A DNA stretch of 62,375 nucleotides, the filler included, from Globobulimina sp. (taxonomy: Eukaryota): the NCBI GenBank assembly GCA_003354225.1. It is 24 parts of 24 records of this genome, joined end to end, with 100 filler letters (N's around TTAATTAATTAA, not from the genome) between each part and the next. Parts side by side here need not be neighbours in the genome. Positions count along the whole stretch, not along the records: positions 10,421 to 12,924 come from PIVH01006286.1; positions 13,025 to 15,528 come from PIVH01006287.1; positions 15,629 to 18,132 come from PIVH01006288.1; positions 18,233 to 20,736 come from PIVH01006289.1; positions 20,837 to 23,340 come from PIVH01006290.1; 19 more parts are not named here. One strand, 5' to 3'. This document shows positions 10,421-22,779 of the stretch, piece after piece. The notes under the pieces are model-generated. The model was not told the DNA's origin. It ran no database searches and was given only the letters and a program-made list of their open reading frames with translations. Within the stretch, counting starts at the first letter, position 1. Every line of letters starts with the position of its first letter. The position numbers and the translations under genes are program-made.

Positions 10421-12924
10421 GTGTGGTATGATGGTAAAAACCAAGGCGATTAAGCCGAGATTGGCCGCCACCAAAGTAAACAGACGAAATAAGTATAATT
10501 GAATAAACAAATAATAATAACCAGACAACAAATTCGGCGCAATAAAAGTTGAAATTATGCCCGCAAAACTGAACCAAATCAGATATAACTCCGCTTTATG
10601 GATTTCAGACAATGTTCGTTGTTGCCATAAAGTCTGCGGCTTAATCGGTAATAACCTCTGCCAAACCCACTGTTTTTCAGCATGCGATAATTGTAATATT
10701 TGGTCATCAAAATCCGAATCTCTGCGAATGCTGCGTTGAGTGGTCCAATTATACATTGCTTGCTGTACTTTTTTCGGATTTTTGTATTGAATCAATGAAA
10801 AATATCGATTCCTACCAAATGCGTACCATCGCAAATTAATTTCGAGGAAATTTAATATGAAAAAAATATGAATTAGCGCCGAGAGGATGGCATGATTCGT
10901 ATCACCCAAACTGGCCAAACCTCGGAACAATGCCACACAGACACTTGGAATTATTAAATAAACTAAAATATAATGTCGATTTCGAGAACGACGGAAAAAA
11001 TTACATTCCAAAATTGTACGCACATTGTTATGTTGCGTCGTTTCCTCGCAATCTTTGCTGTTAATACCGACTGTAAAAGAAAAGGAGGAGCCATTTATTA
11101 GCGTAGACACAAATTCATACAGCGATATTTCGTCATATTTCTCCGTCTTTGCGCCGGTAACTTCGTCATAATCGTCATAGTCAAAGGCGTCCAACAACAC
11201 AGTTCGTGATATGATGGAGGAATGCACCAATAATTTGAACTCATTTTCAGATATTTTGCCGGTGTCATCCATGTCCAACCATATAAACGCGGCAATTAAT
11301 AAATTAATTTTGGCAGATAATTTCTTACGAGACACGATATTATCATTGGCTTTCCGCGAATGATCGAAAGTCGATTCAAACTTAAATATCATGACCGGGA
11401 TAAAAAAAAACAAGCCCACCACACTCACAATGACAAAAAACAGTAAATTCACCACAGAAACTGTGTTCTGCACCACATTGAACCAAATCACACCACCATC
11501 ATCATCGTCGAAATTCTTATCGATCGCAGAATAGACGATTTCGTTGTAATTCTCGCCGGTACTTACAAAGACAAACGAGGTTATGAGTGCTCGTATGGAG
11601 CTCGCAAATGTGTCCACAGACTCGCTCGGATTTAATATGTCGGCAAACACCGCCGAAGCCAAAATGGAAACGATTAATATCAGCATCATATAACTGATCA
11701 ATATCTCTTTCGCCAATAACGTAGCATGCGCCAATTGGATGGAAAACTGTCGAATTCGCTCCGACCGAATAATTAATAAAATGGGCACCAACGGAACGTA
11801 ATATTCAAAGGGGCCGCTTTTGAGGGTGACCATTAAGATGACATTGATGATAATCAATAATAGCAACGCGATATGAATAATAAACCGACGGTAATAAGCT
11901 CCGCCGAAAAATATCAACCACGCTGTTGAATGGGTCGCCATTTGCTTCACGTATTCGTGTCGCGGACCATATTTTAATTTGGTTACTATTTCTAAAGCGT
12001 GTGCCGACAATGCACCAAATTCAATGTAGCGCGCAATGCCGATCACGATCACATCGATGATTTCAATCACAATCAAAAACACAATGATTGAGAGAGCCCG
12101 CCTACTTTGCCGCTCTTCGAAGCCTTTTTCGGTTAAAAGCTGCGGGTTTTCTGGCAGCCACATGGACGTTGCTAAGTGTATCACAATTATCAAATTCATG
12201 AAATGGTTCCAAGTTTTTGAATAGAGGAAATACAAAATTTTGCCATAGATTTTACGATTATCCTGCAACGAATATAAAAGGAAGGTTAAATCGCCATCTT
12301 TCTGGGTCTCAATGTGTTGATTGGATTGCTTGGCCATAAAATCTGTGGCCATGGACGTGGTAATGAGGTGGTTACCAATTTTACTGTCAAATGTCTCCAC
12401 GAATGCCTTCCAATTTTGTGAGGCAGCGGCTCGTAGCAAAGGCTCCATTTCATGTTTTAATTTATCATATCTGTTTTCGTCAATTACCATTGTATGCGTT
12501 TCAATGTCTCCATCGATATCCAAATCTACTGTATCTTTGCAGGCGGATTCATGGATTTTGCTTTGAATGCGATAGATCGCATAAAAGGTCACAGCTAAGA
12601 TGAAGCCAATAATTTTAGTATCGTCTTCTTCTGAAATTTTAATACTGGAGATATCCATCACAGTCACAACAATCCAATCCAGTTCGACCGGATTGTGGTT
12701 GTGCGGATAAGTCATAATTCTCCCACTGAACGCATCCGGCAAATCCAGCGGTAACCGCAAATGTGTCGGACTGGAGGAAGTATTGATGGCCAATGCGTCG
12801 GAAGCAGTGCCCGTATAAAATAAGCTGATTTCCTGAGACACGACACGCGTAAAATAGTTAGGATGCGTAGTGGCGTTATACGGCAATATATTGGAGATAT
12901 CATAACAAGTTCCTGTGATAGTAA
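10421..12924 (-). CDS. Two-pore-channel (TPC)-like cation channel with EF-hand linker (partial at both ends)
   Basis: Multiple TM helices; pore segment FASSIRALITSFVFVSTGENYNEIVY; S6 LFFVIVSVVGLFFFIPVM; EF-hand DMDDTGKISENEF; then the start of a second transmembrane repeat. Confidence 0.75.
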
Positions 12925-13024
12925 NNNNNNNNNNNNNNNNNNNNNNNNNNNNNNNNNNNNNNNNNNNNTTAATTAATTAANNNNNNNNNNNNNNNNNNNN
13001 NNNNNNNNNNNNNNNNNNNNNNNN

Positions 13025-13330
13025 GAATATGAATATGCGAATAATTGTGTTGGTAAATACACACAAAACGGTTATGATAATTTGGATGAGATTATGTTTA
13101 ATTGGGATATCTTAGAAAGAAATGCACATTTTGGGAAGTTAAAGGATTATGAATGGAATTTCTCGGATTTAGATGTATTTGATAATTTAATTCAGTTTTT
13201 TGAGATTTGTGATTTGAAGTTGGTCAAATTGATTCAAAAATATCCAATTGTTTTGGGTGGATTTGAATTGAAATTATGGACTGAACATCGGAAAGAAGTT
13301 AGACAAAAAATGCTTGACAAAAAATATTAA
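13025..13330 (+). CDS. 3' end of a hypothetical protein
   Basis: Frame is open from the contig edge (EYEYANNC...) to TAA 13330. Confidence 0.55.
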   Translation, partial: EYEYANNCVGKYTQNGYDNLDEIMFNWDILERNAHFGKLKDYEWNFSDLDVFDNLIQFFEICDLKLVKLIQKYPIVLGGFELKLWTEHRKEVRQKMLDKKY

Positions 13331-13593
13331 CAAAATATATTGTTTTATAATTTAAAATGTTATGAATCATTCGTTTGTCATAATATATTATTTTATAAAT
13401 CTATTATCTGTTTTCAATTTCTTTAGCAATGGTAATAAACAAAAAAAAAGTATTAAACTGGGCATCAGAGAGTGTAATCGCAAGATCTGTCTCATCATTT
13501 TCTCGCAAATTGATTTCTTAGAGTTTTGAAGATATTTATGTTGATAAAAGAATTGTGGTTTTTTGTGTAGGTTTTTAAGTTGAGCTGAGCGTG

Positions 13594-14728
13594 ATGTCTG
13601 ATGAGGAACTATTGGAAGAACTGAATGTTATTGATTTAGAGGCAAAAGAACAACAATTAAGATTATTGAATGAACAGTTGGATCAAAGACGAGAACAAAT
13701 TGTGGAAAGAGCAGAAAAATTATTGGTATCACACATATACATATTATATTTGTATGTCGATCTGCATTAACAAATAAAGAACATAAATATATAAGAATAA
13801 ACAAGAGAGTTTGCTTGAACGTTATGTGGAAGATAATGTTAAACAATCTGAAAACAGTGATTCTGAAATCGAGGGTATTCTGCAAATTGATGATGAAGCA
13901 CAATCAAAAGAGAATGATATTGATGAGTTGCCACGAACTCTCATTCCACAAAAACTAATAAAAAAAAGAAATGATACATTTCGGAAATATCAAGAATCGA
14001 AAACACCGGACAACGACACTCCGAATCTAAATGATTTAGAAATGGAATCAGAAATATTGAATGGAACAAGTATCGGAAAAGACGCACAATTAAGACTGGA
14101 AAAAGCGAGATATAAATCGTTAGAGAAAAGTGTTGCGAATTTAGTGGAGATTTCAAATGAGAAAGAAAAGGAAATGAGGGACGCAAATAAAAGGATAAAA
14201 GAGTTGGAGATGAAATTAAAAAAAAGTGAAAAAGAAAAGGAACATTTAAATACAAAATTAGGTATACAAAAGAAAGAAGATTTGGAATTAGTGAAAAAGT
14301 GCAAAAGATTGGAGCATGAATTATATTCAATAAAAATTGATTTGAAGCAATTTAAAAAAGAAGGAAAATTAAAAAAAGATTCAATGAGAAATAGTCATAT
14401 TCGCTTAAATCGGGCGCTTGAAAATGCAGAAAAATATAAAAATCTGTTAACGAAATATAAAAATGAGAATAAAAATTCAAATCAAATACATAGCAAAGAT
14501 TTAATCCATTTAAAAAATGAAAATCGCATTTTAATTAAACAAAAAAATGAGTTATTATCGGCATTCAAGAAACAATTAAAATTGATTGATATTTTAAAAA
14601 AACAAAAGATTCATTTGGAGTCCGCGAAGGTTTTGCAATTAACAGAAAACAAAATGTCAATCAAAACAAATGAAGAAGGCTTTTGTTATGTGGCAACTTT
14701 TTTATTGTATACAGAGTCTATTTTGTGA
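13594..14728 (+). CDS. TEX9: TEX9-like coiled-coil (ciliary/centriolar) protein
   Basis: RLNRALENAEKYK...QKNELLSAFKKQLKLIDILKKQKIHLESAKVLQLTE is the conserved TEX9 C-terminus. ATG 13594; phase-0 intron 13726-13795. The extreme 3' end is uncertain. Confidence 0.85.
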
Positions 14729-15163
14729 GAAAGAATTTCGTAGCAAAATGTGACTCTCTATACTTGGGATACGGAACAACCTATTTTGCGTTTTTAACTT
14801 ATTATTTATGATAGCAATACACCATTGTGCTTGTATATAAACACTGTTTTTTGCACAATATTTTGTTTATGGGTTCAGTGATTGCCATTTAATTTAAAAA
14901 GTAAATAATGTTTTCATTTTACAGTTAATAATGTTTACATTTAGCAAGTAGACACTGCAACAACTGGTAATGCTCTCGTTTGGCTTAATGTTGTAAGAAT
15001 GATTAATATGCATCACAATCAGTAATGCAATACAATAAATTCAACCAAAAAACAACATCAAACACAATCAATTCAGAATTCACGAGGAAGAGAAATTATA
15101 TACAAACAACACAAACTAAAAGAAGAAGAATGGAATGATACATTTTGATTTTAATAATATTAA

Positions 15164-15528
15164 TTATGTATAGTGAATCTTGCTTTTTTGATGTGCGAAT
15201 TGGATTAGTTGTTGCAAGGCTTGCGTCCATTTTGTGTAAACCTCAACCGTTTTACATTCAAGATTCAAATCATAGTCCTTTCCACTTTGATCTTGTGTAA
15301 AAATAGCAAAACACCGCTCGTCTTTGGCCTTTTTCCAGGCCAAACCAGATCGGCGCAGTGTGTACGTACAGGCACCGGTACGCAGTTCGACAATATGGCG
15401 AACATATAATTTTTTGGGTGCTTTCTTTCCGTTGGGATCAACAAATTGAATGTGTTCCAACTCATCGGTCAGTTTAACAATCCGTTTCCTCGGTTCTGCC
15501 GAGGAAGAATATTTTTTCATCACCACGC
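15164..15528 (-). CDS. C-terminal PH domain (PLC/ELMO-type), 5'-partial
   Basis: MKKYSSSAEPRKRIVKL...IVELRTG...RCFAIF...LNLECKTVEVYTKWTQALQQLI. Confidence 0.8.
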
Positions 15529-15628
15529 NNNNNNNNNNNNNNNNNNNNNNNNNNNNNNNNNNNNNNNNNNNNTTAATTAATTAANNNNNNNNNNNNNNNN
15601 NNNNNNNNNNNNNNNNNNNNNNNNNNNN

Positions 15629-18132
15629 TTATTTTTATATATCTCGTTTGCTTCATTATAAGTATCTAATTCCACATTAATTTTAATTAAACGGCCAAAA
15701 TTATCCAACTGTACATTCATAACAATCGGAGCTGGAATAATATTGTCAGTGCCACCTAAATCAATCCCGTCGAAGAAGCCCATCATATCCATATCGTCGC
15801 CATTGTTGTTGCCATTTCTTTCCTGCTGTTCAGGAATCTCAATTATATTATCTTGGTCTAAAAACGCAGCATAATATCTATGACCGTCCTCTTCCGATTC
15901 ATCCTCATCCTCATGATCAGACATCACCTGTTCAATATTTTCCGTATGCTCTGCCAACAAAACAGTATTTTTACCAATGCATTCGAGCATTTTCCCAGAG
16001 GCTGCCCTAAAAAAACAGGGATGGTGAAACAACATCAATTCTTCGTCCTGTTCGAAGCCTAACACACTCATTTTGTCAGTAAACAATTCCAACGCATGCG
16101 CGGAATTCCGGTGGTCCAGAAAACGTTCAATGAGTTTAATGAACTGTTCTACATTCACAATTTGAAAAGCTCTGCCGTCAGAAACCCACATAGCACTACA
16201 ATGAGCACACTCGGCCTGTTCACTCTGTTGCTGATGCTTACATTTACTCAATTCGTGCCATATGACATTTAGCAGAAACTGGTCATTCCAGTAATTATCC
16301 AACAACACACCTTGCAACGTCTGCCGCTCTGTGTTATATTTGTCAATCAGTGCCATTGCGTCGTATAAATGTTCCACCGGCTCCCAAGTGGCCTGCGTCA
16401 AACTGAATGCTTCCCATTTCACTCGATATAAATCAAAGACATCGCCACATTGAGGATCGTCATTGCTGACATGGTCAATGATGGCCTCAATCTCATAGAT
16501 AGCGTCCGGGTCCTCCTTTACATCCATCTCATCATTGTCATATTGCAATGCATGTTTATAATCGTCACAATTATCGCTTTCTAGATTGCAATTTGTCATG
16601 AATTCAATGCAAGAGTTGATGCTTTTGACCGCTTCACTTTCACATAATTCATTGTTGGTTATCTCGCGCGAGATTGAATTTAATGAGTATTGAATGGAAT
16701 TATCAATCAAATCACTCACAATATCATCAATAAGCTGACTAATGTCCTCATTATCTTTCTCTTCCAATGCATTGATATCAATATTATTATTTGCAGCAGG
16801 ATCAGGCGGCGGTAGTTCGACATTATTGTCCTCCATATCTGCCATAAATGGTTGCTGTTCGTGCCATAGATTTTGGTCTAAGAGCTCCCTGCGATCCTCT
16901 CTGGATTTATAATTCCGTAATAAATAAAATTTCAAATGCAGCACATACGCGGACAAATGTAATGTTTGTATGACCAATGCGCGCAATATCGGCTCCCAAA
17001 AAAATAACATTGGCACTATAGAAAATAGCAACACATAATCTTGCAATAACTAGATATATTTTGCCATACAAAAGCATTCTGTAATGATACATCAATGTAC
17101 AAGTACACTTAACTAATGATTTAACGTGGAAAGATTTGATTTTCCCCACAGAGGGCACATTGAGTGGTATGATGTGATTACACTGCGACATAATATATGA
17201 TGGGAGGCCTAAAAAGGCAAATATAGCCACTACGAAATGTAATGTAGTCATACACCATTTTCTCAATTGTGCAGAGGACCGTTCCTTATATGAAACTGTA
17301 TAACAAATGTTTATTGCGCAATATATTCGAATTAAAAAAATGGAGTAACTTAACATGGATGGAGCCAATTTTTGGTCTCAATCACAGATCGAAACAAAAA
17401 AGTAAAGGCAGTGGGACGCATAATTTTTTCTAAAATATCAACAGTGGATAAATAGGTACAGATTACGATGGAAGTCCATAATAACATCAATACAATGTAC
17501 ATGACGGCTGACGTTGTTTTAGCATCCATGCCATTGCCATTTATGCTCTCTTTGTGGAATATAAAGGTCTCATACAATATTCTATAATTATCCACTTTCG
17601 ATGCTTCTCGAATGGGGAAGAAACAACATTCCATCGATAACGTTAAAATCAATGGAAAACATATAAATTTTAAACATAAAAACAAAATTCCTTTAAATAT
17701 GTCCATTTTATCAAATAACCACAAGTATAAATTGAATATAAAAATGCTTGTATTTTGTCGCATGGATAACCGCAAAAAATGTTGAAGCTGTATAAAAAAA
17801 ACGCGTTTTTGAAAATGCAGGTTTTTAAGTAAGTACACTTTGAAAATGCATGGCAACTTAACATCCTTTACGAGCTTTAGCATAATCTTCAACATAACGC
17901 ATTGATAAAGAAAACATGAACAATATCCAACGCACATAACACATAAATTGCGTGCAAAATGAGTGAATATAAATGTTCCATTATTATACTGATTAAAATC
18001 AATTAAATCCATACAATTTGTAGTTATTTTATGATTTGGTAAAAATATATAACATAGAAAATATATCGAATGTAATGTGATCTGTCCAGCAAAATGAGGC
18101 AAAATAAAATGAGAAAAATGATTGTTTATTAG
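15629..18132 (-). CDS. DOA10/MARCH6-like multi-TM protein segment with in-frame chromodomain and HSF-type DNA-binding domain (partial)
   Basis: TM region LKFICFPLILTLSMECC...LEKIMRP...QLRKW...LGLPSYI...SAYVLHLKFYLL aligns by eye to the MARCH6 TD region. Introns 17296-17354 and 17050-17125. Chromodomain about 16333-16497; HSF-like domain about 16000-16280. Confidence 0.65.
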
Positions 18133-18232
18133 NNNNNNNNNNNNNNNNNNNNNNNNNNNNNNNNNNNNNNNNNNNNTTAATTAATTAANNNNNNNNNNNN
18201 NNNNNNNNNNNNNNNNNNNNNNNNNNNNNNNN

Positions 18233-18830
18233 ATTAATACAGTTACAAACTGAATTAAATGCATTATTAGAAGAAAGAAATGAAAATATATTACGCAAAG
18301 AATCGTTTTTTTGCGGATATTTCCGACAAACAAAAAACGTTTTCATGTTGAATATACCAATTGAAATAGTTGATGTTATTAAGTTATTTGCAGAGGATTT
18401 TATGAATCAATATATGACACAATTAATAATACCAAACAAAAACAACATACAGCAATTTCAAATAACCATAAATCCAGACAGTGGATATTGGAAAGATGCA
18501 GCCTATACATTCAATTTTAATGTTCCGCATAATTATCCTTATAAATTGCCCAAAATTAAGTGTGTTGAAAAGATATATCATCCAAATATTGATTACATTG
18601 GAAATATTTGTGATACGCCTCTTAGAGCTGAATGGAGACCAAATTATACTATTCAATATCTGGTCTATTATATTTTATTTCTGTTTTTGGAACCAAATCC
18701 GTCGGACCCCTTAAATCAAAAAGCAGCCCAAGTGTTGAGACAAGATAGCAATGTGTTTAAAGAAAATGTAAACATGTCCATATCAGGAGGATATGTCGGA
18801 GATTCCTATTTTACACCAATGGACTTATAG
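18233..18830 (+). CDS. UBC12: NEDD8-conjugating E2 (UBC12/UBE2M-like), 5'-partial, with an N-terminal insertion
   Basis: ITINPDSGYW...YPYKLPKIKCVEKIYHPNIDYIGNIC...LFLEPNPSDPLNQKAA...SISGGYVG. Catalytic Cys present. Frame open from the contig edge. Confidence 0.85.
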
Positions 18831-18951
18831 AAACCTCAAATATGTCATCATTTGATGCGTTTGAATAATTAAATGTTCGGAATTAAACTGCGAACTTGCC
18901 AGTGAAGAAAAGATTTATTCAGCAAATTTCCATCTTAGCAGTTACTCAAAA

Positions 18952-20344
18952 ATGGGCATTTGTTGTTGCCAAAGTGCGTCCATAAAATTTGAAAATCCAG
19001 CACATACATTCCATGATAAAATACCGGCACAAACACCAAGCAGCGCAACCACTACATCCACGCAATTGACCCAAAAACAGCCAATATTAGCGCTAGCGCC
19101 ATCACATTCTGATGATAAAAGTCAAATATGCCAAATGTCATTATGTGACCATTCCACCTCTCAATTATGTCCAATCTCCGCCAATATAATCGAAGTCTTA
19201 TCCATTTATCATTTATTTATTCAGAACTTCGATCCTCTACAACCTGACAATAACTCCAACATTTCTCAAGTAATTAGCGACAAATTGAATGGCTACGACC
19301 TCACCACATTACATGACGAATATCACCATATCTTATCCTATCATGACACCAACAGCACATTCATGCGTTCATTATGCAGTGAAGTGATGCAGTTAGACAC
19401 AGACAATGACATCCAAAACCTGTTGGAAATAGGCGCAAAATTGAACGATGATCAACAAAAACAGTTATATTTCGGTCATAAACTGGATGAGGACATAGCG
19501 ATGATTCAGGCACTTAATCAAATCCACGAAACCACCGTGAAACATGCAGTTAGTAACAGGTACAGTATGCGATATAATTTTGTATAAATACCTCATTGTA
19601 AACGTTTGCGCGTTTTTGTACTTTCCAAACTGGGACATTTTGTTTACAAATTCCATGCAACCTCCAACCAAACGTTATATATACATTTTTTTTGCAAGTT
19701 TTGGCTCCGAAATTGCTCCAGAAATTGTCGACGATGTCGTCAATGCTAACGGCGCTGAAATTGATATGGATGAAAATAAAAACGATGGCGATGATGATGT
19801 GACTGACCATGCTGAACATGGCAAAATCGGTAAACTCAAAACTAAAATGAAAGCGCACAAAAATGGATATCAGAAAAGCAAAACAAAAGATGTTGATTTT
19901 GAGGATGAGGATGTTGCAGCAAAAAACGAGTTGAATATCGATGTGAAATATGTGAAGGACGAGAAGAAGAAGCGGAAAGTTGGCAGATTAAAAAAGAGAA
20001 AGTCGTCTGGGAAGCAATCGGATGGTAAACATAGAGGGAAACATCAGGAGATATTGGCGGATGATGCTTGGATGGATCAGAAACTACAAAAGAAGAGAAA
20101 ACATGTCGTGAGTGAATCGGTGCAAATGTTGGGGAATACCAGATTGGTAACGATGAGTTCATGGAAAAGTGAGTTGAATGTCGTGGATGAAGATATAAAT
20201 GGATATGATTTGAGTACTATGGATCTTGATATTGATTTGGAAGAGCTTAATACTGAGGAACATGGACGGAAAAGGGTTTCAAAAAAGGTGCGTTCGCCAT
20301 CTGCAAATTCAATGTTTGATGAGAATTATGAAGTTGACAATTGA
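18952..20344 (+). CDS. Hypothetical protein, putatively N-acylated (MGICCC)
   Basis: Two ORFs joined by phase-2 intron 19560-19698. LHDEYHHILSYH motif; charged low-complexity C-terminus. Confidence 0.7.
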
Positions 20345-20604
20345 TAATTGATCAATTGATCAACCATAATAATAGTTTTTTAAATTATGCTTTTAGTTTT
20401 TTTTGTTGATTATATTTTATATATTTCTATTTCTATTTTTTTCTATTTCTATTGATTCTATTCATATTCTATTATAATATTCTTTCGATCGAATAAATTC
20501 AACATTACTTACGAAGTCTGCTTTATTATCATGTGATTGTCCGCTTTATCTCTGATTGATTAGTTGCTTTTGACTTTTTAGGTTTAAACTTCTAAACACT
20601 TCTT

Positions 20605-20736
20605 TTGTGATTGGCAAGGTTTTTGGGTTAGTTAGAGTGGTTTTCAACCTAGTATTCGAAGTTGACCTAGGTTTCGAATCCTAGTATTCAAAGTTGAAAA
20701 CCACTCTAACTAACCCAAAAACCTTGCCAATCACAA
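20605..20736. repeat. Perfect 44-bp inverted repeat with 44-bp spacer at contig end
   Basis: 20605-20648 (TTGTGATTGGCAAGG...GGTTTTCAAC) is the exact reverse complement of 20693-20736. Confidence 0.95.
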
Positions 20737-20836
20737 NNNNNNNNNNNNNNNNNNNNNNNNNNNNNNNNNNNNNNNNNNNNTTAATTAATTAANNNNNNNN
20801 NNNNNNNNNNNNNNNNNNNNNNNNNNNNNNNNNNNN

Positions 20837-21135
20837 CGAAAAAATAAAGGAATAATTAATAAAAAAAGATAAATTTAAATAAAAATATTATAAAAAAAAA
20901 AAAAAAAAAAAACAAATAAAACAATTTAAATTAAAAAAAAAAAATGAAAAGAAAAAAAATTAAAGAAAAAAAAAAAGTATTCAAAAAAGAAAAAGGAGAC
21001 TTTTCTTCACAACTTTAAAAATGAAACGAAAGGTAATACTAAAACAACAAAAAAAACGAAAAAGAAAAAAAAAGCGCATAAAGTAGAAATGAAAAATAAC
21101 TGACAAATTGGATTAAAAAGAAAAAACAAATTAAA
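20837..21135. repeat. A-rich low-complexity tract (U-rich 3' region of the minus-strand gene)
   Basis: Long runs of A, including about 20 consecutive A near 20892. Confidence 0.8.
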
Positions 21136-21177
21136 ATAGCTAACATATATCGTATGAATCAATCCATTGCCGAATTA

Positions 21178-22672
21178 CTATCCCATTGTAACAAAATCGA
21201 ATGGTTTTCTATCCCATAAACGATTGCAACACAAATAGATTGCATTGAAAAAAGTGTCTTTTATCTGTTTATACAATAAAAATACCCCCAAATAATCGCA
21301 CCATTCAACAAAGCAATAACATTTGAAATAGAATGGGAATATTATTTATTGCATTGTTGAATGAAAAGATTATTTGAATTATAATAAAAATAACCTGTTG
21401 CTGTGGTTGAACATAAAATGTTCTGTTTGGAGTACAAATCATGAAACCATTTTGTTTGCCAGTACGTATCCTATCTTTATCCCAAATAATATCAGCATTA
21501 TATAATGAAATATTGCCTTGTGGCACACCAATACCATTTGTTTTCTTATTTATGCGAAAATCGTCTTTGAAATAATATAAAGTGCCATTCAATAACAGCC
21601 ACCATCTCTTCCTCCATGAACGGGCACCGCCACCTTTCTTCGATGCAATTCCTAAAACAAGTCCTTGTTTGACATCGGTTATACGTATTTCCTGAGCAAA
21701 ATGCAAAAATATAAGTTATTTTTATCGCACATTCGCATTTTTATATAAATAAATAACATAAAAACGCAAATGATATCATACGGTGAATGGCTCAGATTGT
21801 TTATTTTCTTTTTGTTCTGAATCATTAATATTGCGATCGTTATTTGACTCATTTAAATATGAATAATATTGTTTAGCTCTTCGCAGCGAATGCGTCCATT
21901 CAATGAGTAGCATGGTATCATTTTGATGGATGGGCCGCAGTCTATAAATGGAATCAGACTCATCGTTATTTTTATATATATTTAACACACAATCTGTGTT
22001 ATCACTGTCTGAATTACATATTGTCGCATCAATACTAGTCACATCAAACTGTTCTGTATCGTATGAATCATGGTTATTTTTAAAATAATATAATGTTCGA
22101 CCTAATAATTGTAAGAATGCTTTTTTTTTGTTATCTTCATGAAAAAATGCACCAATTACAACCGTTTGAGGCATATCGTGAATACCGACATCATCTGTGT
22201 ATAAATTGCGAATTTGCGGCATTTTTGTATATTTTTCCTATATATTTTGTTGAGAGTACGCACCTTTGCGGTCATTTTGGAATAGTTTGTATTCATATTT
22301 TTGTTGTATATAAAATTTTCTGACATCGTCCACATTATCACATTGAGATGGGGTGAGAAAATATTTTGGTTTTCTGTGTTCCAATTTTTTGTTTGCTATT
22401 AAATTTCCACCAATGGCTTTGACAGATTTTAATTCATTGGTGTGCCATTTATCAAATTGGGTGGATTTCACTCTTGAAATATGAACACCAATTTGTCGGT
22501 GAACTCCTGCACATTTAATACAAACAAATATTCCATGATTCCACACACTCCAATTACTATCGGACGAATTCGCTAAACAATCTGCACAAATATTGTTATT
22601 TTGACCACGCGCATCTAGTATTGTGTCGAGTTGTTGTTTCCAATCTGGTGGAGATCTCTTATCCTCCGCCAT
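21178..22672 (-). CDS. ArfGAP with dual PH domains (ADAP/centaurin-alpha-like)
   Basis: ArfGAP zinc finger CADC-x17-CIKCAGVHRQIGVHISRVKS, then two PH domains (WRKRWWLLLNGTLYYFK; GFMICTPNRTFYV). ATG 22672; introns 22195-22263 and 21692-21781. The last exon is unresolved. Confidence 0.85.
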
Positions 22673-22779
22673 TATGATATAATGTGATATGTATGTGTTT
22701 GGGTTATATGGTAGACATTGAGCCAAAACAAACTGAAGTTGAACTTTTCAGTTATTTTCCAGCTATTATAATTGATAAT

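Noticed and set aside
22238-22240. In-frame TAG in the ArfGAP gene suggesting readthrough
   Set aside because: It lies inside a 69-nt GT-AG intron (22195-22263) whose removal keeps the frame.
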